NCBI RefSeq assembly: GCF_006345805.1
Contig: NW_021825681.1
Coordinates: 1 to 14,992 of the forward strand
Source: Octopus sinensis
Lineage: Eukaryota
DNA length: 14,992 bases
Direction of reading: 5' to 3'
Part shown: one piece after another, positions 8,682-14,992 of the stretch
Position numbering within the stretch: the stretch's first letter is position 1
Layout: the number at the start of each line of letters is the position of its first letter
Program-made: the position numbers and the translations under genes
The notes under the pieces: generated by a model
Databases searched by the model: none
What the model saw: only the letters and a program-made list of their open reading frames with translations
What the model was told of the DNA's origin: nothing

Positions 8682-10395
8682 TGCAGTTTGGTTTTGTGTC
8701 AGAAAGAAGCACCACTGATGCTATATTTCTGGTAAGGCAGCTGCAGGAGAAATACATAGCCAAAGATAAACCTCTATATTTGGCTTTTGTTGACTTGGAG
8801 AAAGGCTTTGACAGGGTCCTCCGATCGCTTATCTGGTGGCCGGTGCAGAAACTAGGGATAGATGAGTGGTTGGTGAGGGCTGTGCAAGCCATGTACAGGG
8901 ATGCTACTAGTAAAGTGAGAGTTCACAACAAATACAGTGAAGAATTCAGGGTACGAGTAGCAGTTCACCAAGGATCGGTCCTCAACCCCCTATTGTTCAT
9001 CATAGTCCTCCAGATAATAACAGAGGAATTTAAGACAGGCTGCCCCAGGGAGCTCCACTATGCTGATGACTTTGTTCTTATAACTGAATCACTACCAGAA
9101 CTACAAAAGAAGTTCCAGGTATGGAAGCAAGGTTTAGAATTGAAGGGCCTTAGAGTTAATAAGTAGGAAGGCAGACAAATCACAAATCCCTTCAGGTAGA
9201 TGGCCCTGCTTGATCTGTTGAAAAGGTGTAGATAGAAACTCCATAGGATGCAACTGGTGTAAGCTTTGGATATATAAAAGGTGCAGCAATATTAGAGGAA
9301 GGTTAACAGGGAAAATTGCTTTTGTGTATGGAGGATGCATAGGTACAATAAAGACCAAAAATGCACAGAAAACAAACTCCATCAACTGCAAGTGGAGTAA
9401 ACTAGTGGTAGTAGACAGTTTCCGCTATCTAGGTGACCAAGTTAGTAGCAGAAGTGGATGCACCGACAGCATAGCTGTGAGAATAAGATGAGGATGGGCA
9501 AAGTTCAGAGAGCTCCTACTCCTGCTGGCAACAAAGGGCGTCTCTCCCAGAGTGAAAGGCAGATTGTATGATGCCTGTGTGCAAACAGCTATACTACATG
9601 GCAGTGAAACATGGGCTGTGACAGCCAAGGACATGCATAGGCTTGAAAGAAATGAAGCCAGTATGCTTTGCTGGATGGGCAATGTGTGTGTGCATGTTTG
9701 TCAGAGTATAAGCATCTTGAGAGAACAGTTTGGAATAAGAAACATCAGATGTGGTGTGCAAGAGAGATAACTGCGCTAGTATGGTCAAGTAATGCATATG
9801 GACAAGGACAGCTATGTAAAGAAGTGCCAATCTCTAACTATGGAGAGAAACTGTAGTATACATGGAATGAGGTGGTGAAGCATGATCTTCAAACTTTGGG
9901 CCTGACAGAGGCAATGACCAGGGACTGAGACCTTTGGCAATGTGCTGTGCTTGAGAGGACCCATCAAGCCAAGTGAAATCATAGTCATGGCTGATGCTGG
10001 TGTCAGGTTACTGGCACTCGTGCTTGTGGCACGTAAAAGGCACCTTTCAAGTGTTAAGCCTTATGGAGGCAAAGTGACAGAGTTCCTTTCAAGTGTTTGG
10101 CCTCGCAGAGGAAATGACCAAGACCTTTGGCATTATGTCATGCTTGAGAAGAAAATCCATCAAGCTGAGCAAAACCACAATCATGGTAGATACTGGTGTC
10201 ATGCAAATGGTATCTGTTCTGTGACACATAAAAGCACCTATTACACCCTTGGAGTGATAGGTGTTAGGAAGGTCATCAAACTGTAGAAACCATGCCAAAT
10301 CAGACTGGAGTCTGGAGCAGCCTTTCAGCTTGACAGCCCTGGTCAAATCATCCAACCCATACCAGCATGGACAATGGATGTTAAATGATGATGAT
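8682..10395 (+). mobile_element. 5'-truncated RTE-clade LINE: RT (pseudogenised), ORF end at 9976, 3' UTR, (TGA)n tail
   Basis: QFGFV...STTDAIF...AFVDLEKGFDRV...HQGSVLNPLLF...YADD...FRYLGD...LHGSETW...TWNEVVKHDL. Contains internal stops and small deletions. Ends GGATGTTAAATGATGATGAT. Confidence 0.95.
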
Positions 10396-10930
10396 CCTTC
10401 ATTGAGAACATCAATTTCCACTCACAATTGTTTGAAGTCATCATCTTTAGCAACTTCAATACAGAAATCCCCAATGACCGTCATACTCTGTCACACAGAT
10501 ACCGTTGTTGTAGAGGCCAAATTGTTTGCTCGTCTGAACTGTATGATGGCAAGTACTCCTGTTGATCAAGTCATATTCGTTACTTATTTTGCTTACAAAC
10601 ACTCCTCCTCTTCATTCTACAAATTTCCTCTCTCCCGAACAAATACATGGACTCAGTATATGCAAAAACTTCTCAAATCACTCTAATCCAACATGACAAG
10701 CCGTCTTTATGGTGTTCCTGCTATTTTCCCAAACATTTGCACTCTAGAACAATCCTCACCAAATACTTCAATCTCTCTCTCTACAGAGATCTACAAAAAC
10801 ATGCAATGTGAGTAACATTTCCAAGGGAATTTGCCAACTATCACTTTCATTTCCAACATGTGGAAGATGATGGAAAGAATATAATCAACCACCTCCTTCA
10901 TCACCATGAATTTCTCTCACTCTCCTTTTT
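10396..10930 (+). mobile_element. Very decayed APE-type non-LTR remnant (CR1/L2/Jockey group)
   Basis: EVIIFSNFN (like IIxGDFN), SHTDTVVVEAKLFARLN, SNHS (like SDH), then ANYH...KMMERI/INHLL. Short, frameshifted matches only. Confidence 0.45.
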
Positions 10931-11198
10931 TCTGTGAACACCTGTCCATATGGATAGAGTCTGATCTACTGGTGACATGTTCCGATACAAATTGAACTTA
11001 AAATCACATTAATTTCACCTGTCTTTAAAAGCCTGTGATAATTAAAGATTTTTCAATTAAATATTTAAAATAAAACAGTCACAACTGGAATAAACATAAC
11101 TGACCACTAAAGGGATCAAATACAGCCGTCTTTGTATGCATTAATCATTCTCATACTATATATATATTTTCAAGTCTGTTTTATTCAATATCTTCACT

Positions 11199-11432
11199 CA
11201 GTGCATCTCAACCACTTTTTACATATAGAACCCGTTTGATTTCTATTTTACTCTACTGGACCCACATAGCCACTTGGTATTTAAAAAAGTCTCACTATAT
11301 TTTTATAATATTATTAGGAATTGTATTAAAGAATTGTTGCAGAGTTATAACCAATTCATTGCTTATAAATTTTAACAGCAAAATCTTATGTGGATCTCCC
11401 AGGGCCATATGGACCCCAGTTGAGAACCACCG
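11199..11432. mobile_element. hAT (Charlie-like) MITE, 234 bp
   Basis: TIRs CAGTGCATCTCAAC and GTTGAGAACCACCG (11/14 match, CAGTGGTTCTCAAC type). Flanking 8-mers TCTTCACT and TCTTAAGT (6/8) fit an 8-bp hAT TSD. Confidence 0.7.
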
Positions 11433-11837
11433 TCTTAAGTAAAACAATAAAACATAAGAAATCAATCAATTACTGAGGTTTTTGTGCTATATTTTTATTC
11501 TGGATTCTGTTAGTAATTTCTTTACCTAATTAGGCCATAACTATGCCAGGTTACTGATAGCATTCTTTTAAATTATTTCTGTAAATAACCCATTTTGTTT
11601 GAAAAAAAATGTTGTCTAAATTAACTCTCTATATTTGATATTACCAGATTTATTCATCTTCCATGCATATAGAATAAAAAGCAGTCCTGAAGTACAAAGA
11701 AAATTTCAACTTTGCATTTAAGCATTTGAGATAATTAAAATAGGATACTATTCAAGTTTTGTTGTCAATGTAACTAACTTAATCATCTCATTCCTCATTA
11801 TATATAGGGCAAAGGATTGTCAAAAAGTTTTTACTGA

Positions 11838-11968
11838 CAGAGACAATATGCTTTGCAGTACATGTCTCAGTTCTTTACATTCCAAGTTCAAATTCTGTTG
11901 AGGTTGAACTTTGCCTTTCTTTCTTTTGGGGTTGATAAAATAAAGTACCAATCAAGTACTAGGGTCAG
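11838..11968 (+). mobile_element. SINE family B, copy 6 (partial)
   Basis: AAGTTCAAATTCTGTTGAGGTTGAACTTTGCCTTT...GGGGTTGATAAAATAAAGTACCA. Confidence 0.75.
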
Positions 11969-12051
11969 TACGTACATATCTTTCTGAAGAATTTTCTAAT
12001 ATTGATTTCCTAATATTAATAATAATATTTTATTAATAAAGTGTATATATA

Positions 12052-13211
12052 TACTCATCAAGAAATTTGATGAGAGGGAGGAGGAGCTTCAGACGTCGGA
12101 CATAGAAGGTAGCTGGGAATTCCTACAGGACAGCTTGCTGAGTGCCACAGACCGAGTCTGTGGATGGTGCAAAGTCCCTTCCAGACCTAGAGTTATGTGG
12201 TGATTGAATAGTGCAGTAGACAAAGCCATTAATGCAAAGAGACGGGCCTGGAAAGCCTGGAGGGATGGGGGCAGCAGGGAACTGTACCAGGTAGCCAAAA
12301 GGGAGGCTGGGCGGCAGGTATACATAGCCAAAGATGTAGCAGAAAAGAAGAAGTTTGCCAATGTCCAGCGACATGAGGACCAAAGAGCTGAGGTATTTCG
12401 GATTGCCAGACAGTGTGTCAGAGAAAATAGTGATGTTACAGGAGAGAAATGTGTCCGCATGGATGATGGGGCACTTGCTTTTACTGTTAGTGAAAAGAAA
12501 GAGGCTTGGAGAAGCCATTATGAAAGACTGCTGAATGAGGAGAATGAATGAGAGGAGGAGAGCCTGCCAACTGTTGACCCAGTAGAGGGACCAGCTACTC
12601 GAATAGACAGCTCCCTTGTAGTTAAGGCAATTAAGGATATGAAACCAGGTAAAGCCCCCGGCCCATCAGGAATCACTGCTGAGATGCTTAAAACAGCTGG
12701 CTATGTGGGCTATGGCCTAGTCACCCGCATTGTAAACCAGGTAGTTCATAATGGAGTCATACCCAATGACTGGCGTAGCAGCACCATAGTCAACTGCTAC
12801 AAGGGTAAGGGTGATGCTCTAGATAGAAATAACTACAGGGGTATCAAACTGTTGGATCAGGTGATGAAGATCACAGAGTGTGTCATAACCTATCTCATTA
12901 GGGAGAGAATTTGCTTAGATGAAATGCAGTTCGGTTTTGTGCCGGGTAGAAGCACCACTGATGCTATATTCCTGGTCCGACAACTGCATTTATGAGCGCA
13001 TAAGTGATGGACGATAAGTTAAGGTCACTGGGTAAGGAATGACCATGCCTTTTCTCTTTTAAGAATGCTTGTTGATGTTCTTGTTTCAACCATGACTGCC
13101 TCTGTGTAGTTATTTGTGAAACCCCTCTACATAGCTTTTGTGGACTTGGAGAAAGCCTTTGACAGGGTTCCCCGTCCCCTTATCTGGTGGTCGATGCGGA
13201 AACTGGAGATT
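12052..13211 (+). mobile_element. RTE-clade LINE internal fragment (EN-RT linker and RT N-terminal part), pseudogenised, interrupted at 12988-13118
   Basis: ...KAPGPSGITAEMLK...IPNDWRSSTIVNCYKGKGDALDRNNYRGIKLL...QFGFVPGRSTTDAIFLVRQL[insert]KPLYIAFVDLEKAFDRVPR...KLEID. Cut off by SINE B at about 13212. Confidence 0.95.
12988..13118 (+). repeat. 131-bp direct repeat, copy inserted in the RTE
   Basis: 130/131 identical to 13583-13713. Confidence 0.97.
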
Positions 13212-13384
13212 GACAGAATCTTAGCAACAAATGACAGATGTTTAGTAGCATCCCTACCGTCTTTATGTTGAGTTCAAATTCTGCCAAGATGGACTTTGCC
13301 TTTCAACCTTTCAGGGTCGATGAAATAAGTATCAGTTGAGCACTGAGGTCAATGTAATCAACAATCTCCCACCCACAAAATTCA
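13212..13384 (+). mobile_element. SINE family B, copy 7
   Basis: GAGTTCAAATTCTGCCAAGATGGACTTTGCCTTTCAACCTTTCAGGGTCGATGAAATAAGTA. Confidence 0.82.
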
Positions 13385-13501
13385 AAATATAGTTATTTTG
13401 TTAGTTTTTTTTTTAACTTTTTAACACACCTTTTATGTAACCCCACATTGTATTGTCCTGTAGTGTCCCCAAAGTTTTTTGCGAACCCTAGCCATCTTGA
13501 G

Positions 13502-14008
13502 GAAATTTTTTCCCACGATAGTTCCAGACCCCAGTTATGAATTCATTTGCATGCAGCCAGCCAGAGCTCAACTATCAAACTAATTTATGAGCGCATAAGT
13601 GATGGACGATAAGTTAAGGTCACTGAGTAAGGAATGACCATGCCTTTTCTCTTTTAAGAATGCTTGTTGATGTTCTTGTTTCAACCATGACTGCCTCTGT
13701 GTAGTTATTTGTGTAGTTCACTTTGTAAAACAGTAAGAGGAGAGGGTTGCTAGCACATCACCCTCTACCCACATTTTTCCCATCTACATCTTTACCATAT
13801 GGGGCCCTTACAAAATCCGATAATAGGTATAGATGCAAATCTAATTACTTGTCTCCTTCTAAAATCAGGCACAGCTTGGCAATCGGTCGACTTACAACAC
13901 CGTTCTTTGTCTTGAGTTTACTTGGTAGAGTGTGTTTTTAACTTGACATTGGCTGTATGCAAATGAGTTCATTGCTGGGGTCCGGAACTCTCGTGGGTAA
14001 AAAATTTC
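13502..14008. mobile_element. Unclassified inverted-repeat (MITE-like) element, 507 bp
   Basis: Arms 13502-13559 and 13950-14008 align as reverse complements with 6 mismatches and 1 gap over 59 nt. No TSD seen. Confidence 0.55.
13583..13713 (+). repeat. 131-bp direct repeat, probable donor copy
   Basis: 130/131 identical to 12988-13118; lies inside the inverted-repeat element. Confidence 0.97.
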
Positions 14009-14164
14009 GTGTCCGTCTATGTTCTAAGTTCAAATGCCACCGATGTCAATTTTGTCTTTCATCCTTCAAGAGTGATAATAAGTACCAGTCGAGTATTGGG
14101 GTCCGATATAATCAGTTAATTCTCTCTCCGCAAAAGTCAGGCCTTGTGCTTATAGTATAAAGAA
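14003..14164 (+). mobile_element. SINE family B, copy 8 (5'-truncated)
   Basis: AAGTTCAAATGCCACCGATGTC...TTTCATCCTTC...AATAAGTACCAG...CAGGCCTTGTGCTTATAGTATAAAG. Confidence 0.8.
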
Positions 14165-14992
14165 ATGAAAACGACAAAAATAAAACCAAGTACCAACGAG
14201 TACAAAAATTGTAGATGGGAATAAGGTAAATTTTTACCACCTGGTAATAGTGTTGTGAATAAAGGCCATTAGATAGTTTCCATTAAATAAATATCAAACG
14301 ATTAAAACAAGTAAAGAGAGATTAGACGATTAAATATAAAAACTATATGGATGTTTGTTAAAGATCATTAAATTAGTTGCCTTTATAAAGGGGTCATGTT
14401 CAACGAAAACAAAAAATGGAGTAATATTTTGTAAACAATGCAGTAATTATAATGCCAGTTAATAATATAGTGAACATTACGATAAGATATGTTATTCTTT
14501 GTGAAATACAGTATCTGAAATACATTTAGTGAAGAAATTTACTTAACGAAAAACTTCCTAACTCTCAAAGATTTCTGAATAAATAGTTAATAATTATTTG
14601 TTTTACAGTAGATTCGTAGAAATCGAAGACTGCTTTCCAAACGACTAGGACGATAACTCGTTTATATAAGTAATTTCGATTAAATTAAATAATTATCAAA
14701 CATATTATTTCTAACATTGGAATTAATGACAGATGAATGTAATATATAATGCATTAAACCAAAACAGAAAAACAGCTTACGCACCGAAAAAGCTTTCCTC
14801 TCAATAAGTAGGAGTAGTAGTAGTGGCTTTGTATGTCAAGATTAAAGAAACAAAGTTTATGTTCATAATAATATGCAAAAAGTGGACTACTTATGATTTC
14901 TCTTTCATATCATATAGCACATCCCAAATAAAAGAAAAATGCTCTTTACTAAATATGTTTTATATTAATTATTTTAAAATTATTTTAAAAAT

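Noticed and set aside
9219-9940. In-frame TGA codons in the RTE as selenocysteine or read-through
   Set aside because: They are accompanied by TAA/TAG stops and deletions and fit ordinary CGA/TGG-to-TGA decay.
10261-10686. 141-aa ORF as a host gene
   Set aside because: It straddles the RTE 3' tail and a decayed LINE remnant and has no coherent domain.
8682-13211. The two RTE fragments as halves of one rearranged element
   Set aside because: They overlap in the QFGFV-KLGID region and differ there at roughly one base in six, so they are independent copies.
14609-14669. Possible exon (TTTTACAG...GTAATT)
   Set aside because: Stop codons in all three frames and no other support.

Overview
AT-rich, repeat-saturated eukaryotic DNA with no supportable host gene. 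The SINE and RTE families resemble those I recognise from octopod cephalopods (Octopus); this is recall, not a database result. The window is a layered set of mobile-element remains. (1) A head-to-tail array of ~230-320 bp units ending in a 31-nt hairpin plus (AAATC)n tail (1-1263). (2) A 5'-truncated Penelope-like element (RT C-terminus, Cys linker, GIY-YIG) flanked by an inverted copy of its own 3' end (1248-2335), followed by a near-canonical type I hammerhead ribozyme fold (2647-2691). (3) Long (TA)n tracts. (4) Two tRNA-derived SINE families (2 and 8 copies). (5) Two R4/Dong-clade fragments. (6) A mariner 3' end and a hAT MITE. (7) Two RTE LINE fragments: one with a PHD-finger-like insert inside the RT, the other broken by a 131-bp insertion copied from 595 bp downstream. 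(8) An unclassified 507-bp inverted-repeat element carrying octamer motifs. All coding remnants are pseudogenised. Most ORFs in the supplied track are microsatellite or repeat artefacts. I see no complete new system. The best leads are the hammerhead/PLE fold-back, the hairpin-terminated array, the templated insertion and the PHD-in-RT.
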